A DNA stretch of 64,000 nucleotides. Source: Eledone cirrhosa (Eukaryota). Below the pieces are notes generated by a model. The model searched no databases, was not told the DNA's origin, and worked only from the letters and a program-made list of their open reading frames with translations. The stretch is from positions 319,858,001 through 319,922,000 of the forward strand of contig OZ024743.1 in the NCBI GenBank assembly GCA_964016885.1. Reading direction: 5' to 3'. Made by a program: the position numbers and the translations under genes. Below, one piece after another: positions 39,575-52,271 of the stretch (within the stretch, counting starts at the first letter, position 1; each line of letters opens with the position of its first letter).

Positions 39575-42500
39575 ATAAGGGAAGAAGACACACATGGTGG
39601 ATAGAAGGTCGAGAAATTGCTCCCGTAAGTTTTGATTTTTTAACATATTTAAATCAATTGTGAAATAACAATTCTTAGTACAAATGTTGCATAAAACATC
39701 CGGCTTGAGTCCCAACAAATTCGGATCCATAATATATTGTTATATCGCTCAAATATTCAATTTTGTATTATACATTTTATATTCAAAAAAGAAAATGGTT
39801 ATAAATGGAAGAAAACCCCCTCTGTCTACACTATATAGAACAGCCAAATAACAGCAATTTCACCAACATCAGAAACTAGATACACCACCTACCCCATCAC
39901 CCCTCTGTGTACACTAAACACAACAGCCAGATAACGGCAATTTCACCACCTCCACCACCAATCTCAGCATAATAATAATAATTAATATTATTATTGCCTC
40001 AAGTTTTAGTTTTAACAAAATGTTTAATTCCAATATTAAGTGAATATGTCAACACATATACGCGACTAACGATAATTTCACTAAAGATAATTTCACCACC
40101 AATACCACCACCACTACCACGACGAAAACTCTAGTCAAGTCGACTCAAATTTCTACTCCAACTTCAAAACCATCACTACAGTAATACGACCACATCACCA
40201 CCACCACTGCCTCATTATCGCTACCGCCGCTATTCTCTCCCACTACCTCCTGGTAGTTGCTGCTAGCACAGCACCGCCACCACCACCACCACCACCACCA
40301 CCACCACCACCACTGCCTCATTATCACTACCGCAGCTATTCTATCCCGCTACCCCCTGCTACATTGTAGAATTCCCACTAAAAGAGGAAAACATCAAAAT
40401 ATATAAATAGACTGAATTGATGACCCGGTCAAAATCAAAAAAACCAAAACAAAAATCAAAATCAAGTTTTAGTTTTCACAAAATGTTTAATCCCAATATT
40501 AAGTGAATATGTCAACACATATACGCGACTAATGATAATTTCACTAAAGATAATTTCACCACCAATACCACCACCACTACTACGATGAAAACTCTGGTCA
40601 AGTCGACTCAAATTTCTACTCCAACTTCAACACCATCACTACAGTAATACGACCACATCACCACCACCACTGCCTCATTATCTCACCCGCCGCTATTCTC
40701 TCCCACTACCTCCTGCTAGTTGCTGCTAGCACAGCACCACCACCACCACCACTGCCTCATTATCACTACCGCCGCTATTCTCTCCCGCTACCCCCTGCTA
40801 TATTGTAGAATTCTCACTAAAAGAGGAAGGCATCAAAATATATAAATAGACTGAATTGATGACCCGGTCAAAATCAAAAAAACAAAAATCAAAATCAAAG
40901 CAGCACAGCAACAACGAAAAACGCAAAGGAAATAAAAATGAAGAGAAAAACAAATGGACGGACAGAGAAGGGAAGGGAAAAACTAAGTCAGACATTCAAA
41001 CACTACATTACAATGAAACTTATGCTTATTCATTTTTGGGTTTTTTTCTGCCTGTTTGTTTGTTTGTTTATTTGGGTTCATCTACAGCGTGATAATGCCA
41101 CACAAAAGTCACGTGGAGTGACGAAACCACCGGAGACGAGTAATTCACCGGTGGTTATGTAACCATACATTCGCCAATCCTCGATAAGAGTGTTTAAATG
41201 TCGAACCTAAACAGTTCGAATAACGGTGAAATGGAGACTAGAATGTCATGTGACAGACTCTCACCCAACATGTGCTTCCTGGCTCAGCAGCAGGGACCTG
41301 GCTGTCAACCAAATACTGCTGGTGTCGGAGGAAGAAGAAGAAGGAAAGGGACCAGAACCAACTGGACGAAAGAATTGAATAGAACTGTTATGCAATGTTA
41401 CCTGAAGAGTAACCCCAAGGAGAAAGGCTATAGGAAACGGATGCATAACATCTGGAACGAGATTGGCCATTTAAATTAGATGAACAAAAACTGGCCGGGC
41501 AGGCTCGGGTAATAAGAACTAATGGGTGGATAAGCGAGCTGGAACTGGAGGAACTGAGCAGAGAGATTAGCTTGGAGATGGAGAGTGGAGTTTGCCAGGC
41601 AAACGAGCCAGTGGGAAATGATGGTGAAGAGGTAGAGAGAACGGGGGAACCACCCGAAGCAGACAATGATCTGAATGCTGAGATAAATAATACCTGGAAC
41701 AGAGATACGGCCACTGAGGAGATGAATGCTGACGGGCTAGGACAAGATTTGGTTGATATCCTAAACTTAGTGGTAGATGAATTGAACAATGATAGTGGGA
41801 GACCTATGAACCTAAGATTTGTAGACAGGAAAAAGTTAAAAGAAACAACAGCTAAGGTAAACAAAGTCATCCCATACCTTGAGGCGAGGAGCCTTCACCA
41901 GTGCAACAATATCCTCAAAGCAACAGCAAATACGGTGAGGAAACTACTTGGTATAAGAGCGAGAGGAAACAACAGACAAGAAAGAGCAGAGCCTTGGTGG
42001 AAGAAACGACTGCGTGGTCAAATCAGGGAAATGAGAAATGACATTGGAAAGCTTGAGTCCCTACTGAATGGGACACTGAAAAACATAGACACTAAAAAAT
42101 AGACTGGAAATAAAGTACAAAACTAGGAGGAAAAAGCTAAATATTATCATAGAGGAACTGAAGCAACGCATTGTAGCAAAGAGTGCAAAAATCAGGCGAT
42201 ACGAGAACAGAGTCAGTCAGTATAGACAGAACCGCATGTTCGACAACAACCAGAAGATGCTGTTTGGACAGCTTGAGGGGAAAGAAAGAGGTAACGACTT
42301 GATCCCTGAGGCGGAACAAACTAAAACATTCTGGAGAGGAATATGGGAGCAGGATGTTAAACATAATGACCAGGCAGTGTGGATTGAGACAGTACAGGAG
42401 ATTAGTGAACAGGCACACCAACAAACTGATTTGAGTATCACAGTTGAAACTCTTAAGGGGCAGGCCAAAAAACTAACCAACTGGAAATCACCAGGCCCAG

Positions 42501-44705
42501 ATGGTGTGCAGGGAATTGGATTAAAAATATAACATCCCTCCACCCGAAACTGACAACCATGTTCAATGACTGCTTGATGTCAGGTGAGGTACCAGAGTGG
42601 TTGACAAAAGGTACCACAGTTCTGATAATGAAAGACCGAATCAAGGGTAATGATGTTACCAACTATAGACCTATTACATGTCTGTCCGTAATGTGGAAAC
42701 TGTTGACAAGCATTATGTCTGAGGAAATCTACCATCACCTCCACACAAACAACTTGTTACCGGACGAACAGAAAGGATGCCGAAAGAGGTCACGTGGTAC
42801 AAAGGACCAGTTACTTATTGATAATATGGTAATGAGGAAATGCAAGAGGAGACACACTGGTCTTGCCATGGGATGGATAGACTACAAAAAGGCATTTGAC
42901 ATGGTGCCTCATTCTTGGATCACCAAAATCCTGGAGATCTTCAAGGTGGCAGATAACATCGGACAGTTGTTGGGCAAAAGTATGAAGTCCTGGGAAACAG
43001 GGTTAACATCAACTGGAGAATCCTTGGGAAGCGTGAAGATCAAGAGAGGTATCTTTCAGGGTGATAGTCTGTCCCCTCTGTTGTTTGTCCTTGCCCTGAT
43101 TCCCCTGACCAGTGTACTGCGAAAAGTGAGAGCAGGATACAAGTTGGGAAAGGGAGGGCTTACCATCAATCACCTCCTCTTCATGGACGATCTTAAGCTC
43201 TTCGGGAAGAGTGAGAAGGAGTTGGATGTGCTTGTTGACACTGTCCGTATTTTCAGCAATGATATATGTATGCAATTTGGTATTAGTAAGTGTGGAGTCA
43301 TTGTGATGAGGGGGGGGGGGGTAAGTTGAGCAGAAGCAACGGAAGCCAGGTACCAACAGGTGAGATGATAAAGGAAATTGACTCTGAGGAAGGATACAAG
43401 TATTTGGGCGTTCTGGAGGCTGATGACATCAAGAACAAAAAATGAAGGAATTGATAAGAACTGAATACCTTCGGAGAGTAAGGAGCGTATTAAAGTCACA
43501 TCTGAACAGTAGGAATGCCATAAGTGCAGTAAATTCCCGAGCTGTGTCTATTATTAGGTACAGTGCGGGAATTCTGAGATGGAATGTTGCTGAACAAAAA
43601 GAAATGGATAGGAAGACTAGGAACCTATTGACTATCTACAATATGTTCCACAAGAGGAGTGATGTCGATAGACTCTACTTAAGGAGATCTGAAGGTGGAA
43701 GAGGTCTTATCAGCATAGAGGACTGTGTTCAGATGGAGAAAAACAACCTACACAAATACGTGACTGATAGTAAGGAGCCAATGCTCAGAACTGTACTGAA
43801 GGAGGGGACAATAGGCCAGGGGATGTCCAAGGAGGAAATAACATCAAAGAGAAAGAGCAGCCTTCAGGAAAAATCCCTTCATAGTACCTTCTTTGAGAAA
43901 ACTGAATTTAGAGATCCACAGACATGGAACTGGTTGAAAAGAGGAGACCTTAAAAAGGCTACAGAAGGAATGTTAATGGCTGCGCAGGAGCAGGCCCTCA
44001 AAACGAAGTGGTTGAAACACCATATTTACAAGGAGGAGGCTAGCCGACTGTGCAGGATCTGTGGAGAGAGAGAGGTGACCGTGGCTCACATTGTATCCGA
44101 GTGTAAACACCTACCCCAGACTCACTTTAAGGGCTGGAGACATGATGTGATTGGCAGCGTGATACACTGGCACCTATGCAAAGTAAACAATTTACCACAT
44201 TCTGAGAAGTGGTATGAGCATAAGCCAGAGGCGGTGATAGAAAACGATCAGGTGAAGGTGCTGTGGGATTTTAGGATACAGACGGACAAGAAACTGGAAC
44301 ACAATAGACCTGACCTGGTGGTTTTGGACAAAGAAAAACGATCGTGCCTGATTGTGGATGTGGCCTGCCCATTCGACACGAGAGTGCAAGAGAAGGAGAG
44401 GGAGAAAATTAACCGATACCAGGACTTAAAGTGGGAGTTAAAAAGGATTTGGAACTGCCATGAAGTCAAAGTGATCCCGATTGTCATAGGCGTAATAGGT
44501 ACTATCTCAAAAAGTTTCCAGGGATGGTTAAAGAAAATTGGCCCCTTCACGCTTTTTGGAACGCTTCAAAAGGCATGCTTGCTGGGAACAGCAAGAACCC
44601 TCCGATACGTCCTGAATATCTGAGGCTGCTTTCCAGTTAACTAACATCAATGACTGAGACTCAAAGAGTAATAACAATGATAATAATAATAATAAAATTA
44701 ATAAT
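39575..44705 (+). mobile_element. R4/Dong LINE family A, full length (1.6-kb 5' leader; ORF 41198-44623 with several frameshifts)
   Basis: N-terminal WTKELNRTVMQCY..GYRKRMHNIW, PWWKKRL, complete RT, CCHC and RLE motifs, TAA tail. Confidence 0.95.
39999..40897 (+). repeat. Tandem duplication (~463-bp period) in the Dong-A 5' leader
   Basis: tcaagttttagtttt..aatattaagtgaatatgtcaacac at 39999 and 40462; each unit ends gacccggtcaaaatcaaaaaaac. Confidence 0.9.
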
Positions 44706-47070
44706 GATTTCTTTATTAACCACAAGGGTTTACATAAAGTAGACATTAAGGACAGTGCAGGACAATACAGGACGGTACAAATGGGCATTTCTGCGTGTAA
44801 AAAACAAAAACAGAGGATGTAACAAAAAAAAATAACAATGAAAAATTCCCCAATAGGGGGGAGACTTCGGAGGGACATTTGTGGAGAAAGCCCAGTAAAA
44901 GGCCACAGTGACCCTGACCACCAAGGCAAGTGCCCTCTCCCAGTTTTCCACCTTTAATTTAGAGATACGCACTCAGAGTAGTCCCATTCACTCGGGCCAT
45001 TCTTGCTTCTCTCACCCATCTTTCAACAAAATGCTGGGAAGAGAGCACTTCCCTCTCTACTCTGATTTTCCTATTCAAATGAAATTTGAAAAAGTTAATC
45101 AGGGCATCACCGAAGAGGTAAGTGCTCGTCTTCAGCCCTTTCAAACGTGTCCACCATACTATCTCTTTCGCTACGGCCACCAGACAGATAAAAATTCCCT
45201 GCCCTTCCCGGCTAAAGGAAGAGGGCGGGGCAATCCTCACGATGGACACAGATGATAGCCGGATCCGTCCTACACGTGACAGCAGGTGTTCGACATAAAC
45301 CCACAAGTCAGCAATTTTCGGACACTGGACGAGTGCGTGCAGGACGGTTTCGTCGCCCTGCGCGCATCCCGGACATGCCCGACTGACGGCACCTCCATGT
45401 ATGTAGAGTTTATCCCGAACTGGAAAGGCTCCTCGGTAGCACTGCCAGGCCAGAGATTTCTGGAAGTTGTCCATAGGTCCCGGCCCGAAAGTTCTTCCGA
45501 AGAGATTGGCCAGTTGATTTTCGTCGATGCCTAGAGTTTCCCCAAGTACGTCGTCGCTCTTCCCCTCCACTAATCCTCTATAGAACGTCGAGGTGGAGTT
45601 GCTACCGATCACATTGCCCGATTGGTCGAGGGCTGTGAGCGTCTGAAGACATTCCAGCCTCCAGGCGCTCTCACTCGGTCTTCGCTTGACCCAGGACTGC
45701 AGCTCCGTCAAGGAAACGAGCTGGGGAAATACGTGTCTAGCAAACGGCGACCACACCTGATCACCGTCGAGGAAGAGGTGGAGATGTCGTATCCTGAGCG
45801 CGTGTCTGCGCATCATCAACCACGGTATTCCCAGCCGTCCACGTAGCGGGTGTTGACAGCAGATGGACCGCCTGACCATCGGAGCGCGTCCCTTCCACAA
45901 AAAACGAAAGAGCAAACGCTCCAGCGCAGTCAGGCGAGGCTTAGGAACCGAACCAGAACCCTAGCAATTTAACCGGTCCGTCCGTCCAGCGTCCGACGAC
46001 GCTGTTGGACGGCATGGACCTGCCTCTCCAGGTGCCGAGCTGCAGGCCCACTGACTTTTCCTGGTTGATCATTGCCCCTGTCACCGCTTCGTATTCTCTT
46101 AGTGTAGTGCCGATCGCCTCGATGTGTTTGGCGTTCGACACCACTACGGTGACATCGTCCGCATATGCTGACACGGATCTTCCGCATCCTAGTTCGCGGG
46201 GGACGCCCTTCAACGTCTCCAGTTTGTGCAGTAATGGCTCGAGAGTCAATAAGTACAAAAGGGACGAGAGAGGACATCCTTGGGGGACTGAGCGCATGAT
46301 GTTGAACGGTTCCGAAAGGTGACCGTTCACTCTCACCACAGAGCAGATGTCGCTGTGCATGGCAGCGATCCAGCCTCTAAAGACGGGCCCAAAGCCAGCT
46401 GCCTTCAGGACTGCCGCTAAGTAACGATGGTCGACCCTATCGAAAGCTTTCGACTGATCTGCGCCAACCACCTTGGTCAAAATCTTGAACGCTGTGTTTA
46501 ACAGAGTTATGGGCCTGAAATTATCTATGTTATCCCCATTGTTCGGATCCTTTTTCAGCAGCGCCACAGCTCCTCGGCTGACAGAGCTGGGAATTCTCCC
46601 GTTCTGTTGCCAGTTGCAGTAGACGTCCGCCAAGAGGCCTCCGAACAAGTCTGGCATCTGTACGTAAAGTTCATAGGGCAGACCATCCAAACCTGGCGAT
46701 TTACCGCTTGTGCAGCCAGTCATTGTCTCCCGTACTTCAGCGGCTGTTATCGGCTTTTCGCAACGCTCCGCCTCAGTGGCCGAGAGCCGCGGCAGTCCGT
46801 CGAGGTAGACACTAAAGTCCATCCCTCGATTCGGCAGCAGTTGTGAGTCGGCCATGATTTTTCAAAGAAATTTATTTTTTTCGATAATTATAAAAGTTTA
46901 AATTTTGGGCTCAAGGCCCCAATCTTTTTGAGTGTCCTTTTCAGAAAACAATGTATGTGCACGTATATACAGTTAACCATAAACATTTTCCATAAATGGC
47001 AATTTTAAACAACTGAAAACAACAAACCTTTGTGGAGCTCACGATGATACGATTTACTACGTAGGTCGCC
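44706..47070 (-). mobile_element. Internally deleted, chimeric mini-Tx1 (copy 3), flanked by (AAT)n
   Basis: 3' part is near-identical to copies 1 and 2, with deletions at ~45947, ~46460 and ~46830; distinct 5'UTR and ATG (MADSQLLPN) joined in frame to the RT region. Confidence 0.85.
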
Positions 47071-47093
47071 AATAATAATAATAATAATAATAA

Positions 47094-50000
47094 GATATAA
47101 GGGAAAAAGACGCACGTGGTGGATAGAATGGTATGAAATCGCTCCCGTCAGATTTTGATTTTTAACATATTTAAAACAATTGTGATATAACAATTCTTAG
47201 TACAAATGATACATAAAGCACCAGACTCCGCTCTCAGAAAATTCGGATCCATAATATCCTGTTATATCGCTCAAATATTCAATTTTGTATTATAAATTTT
47301 ATATTCAAAAAAGAAAATGGTTATAAATGGAAGACCCCCCCCCCTGTCTACACTATATAGAACAGCCAAATAACAGCAATTTCACCAACACCACAAATTA
47401 GATACATCACCTATCTCATCACCCCTATGTGTACACTAAATACAATAGCTAGATAGCGGCAATTCCACCACCTCCACCACCTAATCCCAGCATAATAATA
47501 ATAATTAGTATTATTGTATCTCAAGTTTTCTCAAAATGTTTAATTCAAATATTAAGGAAAATATGTCAACACATATATTAAACATACGCGACAAACCGCA
47601 TAGATACACAGATCAAACAAACGCATACTACTACAGTCTATTCAACAAAACTCAGTAACGAAAACGCCATCACTATAGTCACCGCCGCCACCACGCCATC
47701 CATCATTGCTACCACTATCCCATCACCGTCGCCACCACTCCTTCATTGCTACCACCACTATTCCCCCACTACCTTCTGTTAACTTAAGAAAGGGGAAGGT
47801 GGCGGTATCACTAGACAAGGGAGAGGCTAGCAGAAGATATAAATAGATTGACTTAGTGACTCGGTCAAACGTCAACGACTATAGAAAAAGCCCCAGCACC
47901 ACCACCACCGACATAGCCAACAACAATAACAGGCAACTTCAGCAAAAAGTATATTATATTATTAATAATAATTTCATTCTTAAGCCACGCAATGCTCACA
48001 TTAAGGAACCACTCATGATAATAACAATTTAAAAAACAACAAAAAAGAAAACCCCGTGACCAAGAAATACCGGGATGGAGACCGGCGGGGAATAGCCGTG
48101 TCTCTAGGGGAGGACGACCCCTCAAGTCCTGGTTGACACTCGTCCTAGAAGTGGTAACACGAAATGATTACCCCTTGGCGGTTAAGGATAAAACGCGACA
48201 AAATAAAGTAAATGTCAAATGATAAAATCTCATACCGGATCGGCCGTCACACGGGTCAAAAAGGGCTGCGTCCCACAGAGAGGAACCAGACTGGGGGCGA
48301 AAAATCAGCTAATGGTTCAAACCTTCCCATCACTTCGGAGCGGGAGACATCCCATAACCGGAATACTCCTACTGTTGGCCCTCCATGCTCATCACCAAGA
48401 AATCCAAAGAAAAAGAGAGAAAAATGGTCAAGGGAAGACAATAAAGAAGTCCTTGAGGCTTTCTACACTGCCATGTACTACCCATCAAATAGATCGAATA
48501 CAGAACAGACATATATCAACTGGAAAAAGAAACATCCCGAAAACAGAGGCTATATTGACAGTAACAAACTAGCCAATATACGAAGAAATATTGTTAAAAA
48601 AAGTTACTAACTGATATAGAAATTGATCAGATCAAGCTATTAGCACAAAGTCAGCGAAGGGAAAATGAAACATGTCAGTGAAAACAAGGTAAATTGTAAC
48701 ACTTCAAATCCCAGGGTTGGGGCGGAATCACTGACAACAGAACAAATTAAAGAAAGGATCGAAAAAGTGGAGGGAGTGCATTCTCAAGATGAAACTCGAA
48801 ATGAAAACAATAGATCGTAAATGATAAAGAAATGAATGAGAATGAACTTGCCAACTTGAAGGATGAAATTATGATCGAATGGATGAAAATGAAAGAATCT
48901 GACATGGGGAACGAGACACTCTCCCTAAGATCCAGAACTCCAAACAGAACCAAAAGATAATACACAAGAGTAACATAATTCTCAAAAACATTATCATCAC
49001 AAACAAACTAAACATTACTGATTTAAATCATCTCTATTATGCATCGGCTAAAGTCACCACTCACTTATGTGGAGTGAAAATTAAAAAAACAAAGGAATTC
49101 CTACAAGAAATCTACTTGGCAAGAGAACATCAATCGCCAAATAAAACTTCTCCGATCTGAAATAGAAATTTTAACAAACTACAAAGTAGGTGAACATTTT
49201 AAACAAACTAAACTTAAAAAATTGAAAAGAAAATACAGTATAAAATCACAAGTGACATAGACATGCTGATAGAAATAATCAAGCAAAAAGTGTCGGCCAA
49301 AGCTGCTCGTATAAGGCGCTTTGAAAAACGATCTAGATTCTATAAGGACAATAATATGTTTAAAAACAACCAAAGAAACTTCTACAGAAAAATTGGCAAG
49401 TCAACAATAACTGCTAAATCAATACCACCCAAGGAGGAAGTGCAAGAATTCTGGGAAAAGATCTGGGCCGAAGAAAAAGTTCATAATATACATGCCCCAT
49501 GGATAGACAGACAAATGAAAGATACAGCTCACCTTGAGGAACAAATATGGGAAGATATAACAGTTGAACAGTTGCGTTTGGCTCTTAGAAAAACCAGCAA
49601 ATGGAAATCCCCAGGAAAAGACAAAATACCAAATTTTTGGATAAATGCCTTCACAGAGTTTCATGAGCTGTTAGCCCAACTTTACAATGAAATAGTTAAG
49701 GAGCCAGAAAAGATACCATCATGGCTAGTTAACAGCATTACATTCCTGCTTCCGAAGAATGATGAGACAAACAATCCCAAAAATTACAGACCGATAACTT
49801 GCTTGACCACAATGTATAAAATTTTAACATCAGTCCTAACTGAATATACATATGACCACCTGATAACAAATGACCTATTTCCCAATGAGCAGAAAGGGTG
49901 TAAACGAGGCTCATATGGCTGTAAGGATCAGCTTTTGGTTAACAAAATGATACTGGAAGATTGTCATAATAGACACAAAAATCTATCAATTGCTTGGATA

Positions 50001-52018
50001 GATTATAAAAAAGCATTCGATAGTTTGCCACAGTTGGATTGAAAAAACGTTTAGAGATTTTCAAAATATCTCCCATTGTCAGGAGGTTCTTGTCATTCAG
50101 TATGAAGACATGGAAAACGACACTCCTTTTGAACAATGAAAAGGAATCACTGGAAGCTGGAGAAGTTAATATTAATTGTGGAACTTTTCAGGGTGACTCT
50201 TTATTACCGCTTTTATTCTGCATCGCACTTATACCATTAAGTAAAATGCTCAATGAAACAATACATTCATATAAAGTCTATGACAAAACCATTAATCACT
50301 TGTTCTACATGGATGACCTGAAACTATTTGCAAAACATGATGAACAATTGCAAGGGCTATTATTCACTGTGGAGCAGTTCAGTGATGACATTAAAATGGA
50401 GTTTGAACTAGATAAATGCGCCAAAGCAACGTTCACCAGAGGAAAGCTGCTGAAAAGTTCAGACATTAATCTTGATCGGGGGAATGTAATAAGAGAACTT
50501 GATCAAGAGGAAACTTACAAATATCTAGGTGTTTGTGAAGGAGACGGAATCAAGCACTCGACAATAAGGGAAAGGATAAGGAAGGAATGTTACCGCAGAG
50601 TAAGAGCAATCTTAAGAGCGGAATTGAATGCAAGGAATAGGATCGATGCCATAAACACGCTTGCCATACCAGTAGTAACCTACAGTTACAATGTCATCAA
50701 CTGGTCAAGCACAGAGATCCGTAGGCTCGATACAAAAATTAGAAAATTCTTAACCATACACAGGATGCATCACCCTAAGGCAGATACAGATAGAATATAT
50801 CTCCCTAGGAAAGAAGGAGGACGTGGGTTAATCCAGTTAGATATTGCGTTGAAAACTGCAACAATTAGATTATCTACATATCTAAGGGAATCACATGATT
50901 GGATGATCAAACTCGTTTTGAAACACGAAAGCATCAAAAGATCATACTCCCTTACAAAAGATGCACAAAGATACAGTAATGGACTATAAATTTCAGAAGT
51001 CCCATTTACTGCTGAAATGGAAAACACAGAAAAAGCAAAGCAGGTAAAAGTAACTGCAAAGAAAGAACTGCTACAGAAACTGGCTAAGAAATGGCAAGAA
51101 AAGCCTCTGTATGGAAAATACCCAGAATGAGCTAACAATCCTGATGTTGACAAAACTTTAACCCATCAGTGGTTGGCATCCTCTGGACTGAAATCGTAGA
51201 CTGAAGGACTGATTATATCAGCACAAGATCAGTGTCTGCCAACAAAAAGTTACCAAGCTAACATAATAAAAAAATGGATGCAACCCATTATGCCGTGTAT
51301 GTAAAAAACAACCAGAGACCATTGATCATATAATTTCAATGTGCAGTCCTATAGCTCCAACCGAATACCTAAACAGGCATGACAGAGTTGCACAATACAT
51401 ACATTGGATAATGTGTAAGCATTTTGACCTGCCCCATCAAAAGAATTGGTGGGAGCATCAACCACCTCCCATACTTGAAAAAGATCACATCTCAATCTTG
51501 TGGAACTTTAGCATCCAAACAGACCGAAAAATAGATGCAAATAGACCTGATATAATACTGAAGGACTTTAAAAAGAGGGTATGCCTGCTAATTGATATGT
51601 CCGTTCCAATAGACAAGAATGTATCTATAAAAACATTTGAAAAATTGAGCAAGTATAAGGACCTGGAGATAGAAATTGGAAAAATGTGGAAATTGAGAAC
51701 TAAAACAATACCAGTGGTTGTAGACGCTCTAGGAACGATACCTAAGGGGTCTAATGATTACTTATCGCAAATCCCAGGAAACCCGCGTATAGGAGAAATA
51801 CAAAAGATAGTACTAATGGGAACTGCTAAGGAAGATTCTGTCAATATAAGTGCATCACAAGACTAAACACCTAAAGATGCATGTGTGTGTATGTATGTTC
51901 TTTCTTGAACATGGCGGACCTTGTTGTCTCTTGAGGTCACTGGTTGTGACTTGGTGATAAATCGTATGAACATAAAGCAAGATAAATGCAACTATAATAA
52001 TAATAATAATAATAATAA
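47094..52018 (+). mobile_element. R4/Dong LINE family B, full length, disrupted (ORF ~48212-51850), (TAA)n tail
   Basis: KWSREDNKEVLEAFY, WKSPGKDKI, NYRPITCL, FQGDSL, FYMDDLKL, RHDRVA, ANRPDIILKD..IDMSVP. Confidence 0.95.
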
Positions 52019-52214
52019 ATTTGAAGACTAAAATCCAAAGAGGGCTCGATAAGGATAAATATATATCAAATATATAAGAACCCTAGAGCAAATATTTATT
52101 AAAATAATAGGTTAAAGTTTAAGCAAAGAATTTCTGCTTTCACCCTTAACAGAAGATCCCGTTAAGGGTGAAAGCAGCGATTCTATGCTTAAACTTTAAT
52201 CTGTTATTTTAATA
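52015..52214. repeat. Penelope-tail-like fragment ending in a 54-bp-arm hairpin (52097-52150 / 52161-52214)
   Basis: 52015-52117 matches 59436-59538; the right arm also occurs solo at 3937-3990. Confidence 0.85.
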
Positions 52215-52215
52215 G

Positions 52216-52268
<53 letters not shown>

Positions 52269-52271
<3 letters not shown>

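Noticed and set aside
31860-43321. Frameshift at the same G-run in both Dong-A copies (and C-runs in both Tx1 ORF1s) as programmed frameshifting
   Set aside because: Run lengths vary between copies, so homopolymer slippage or sequencing error is the simpler explanation.
45940-46475. Deletions in the mini-Tx1 as spliced introns
   Set aside because: The deleted segments lack GT..AG ends and the junctions show microhomology.
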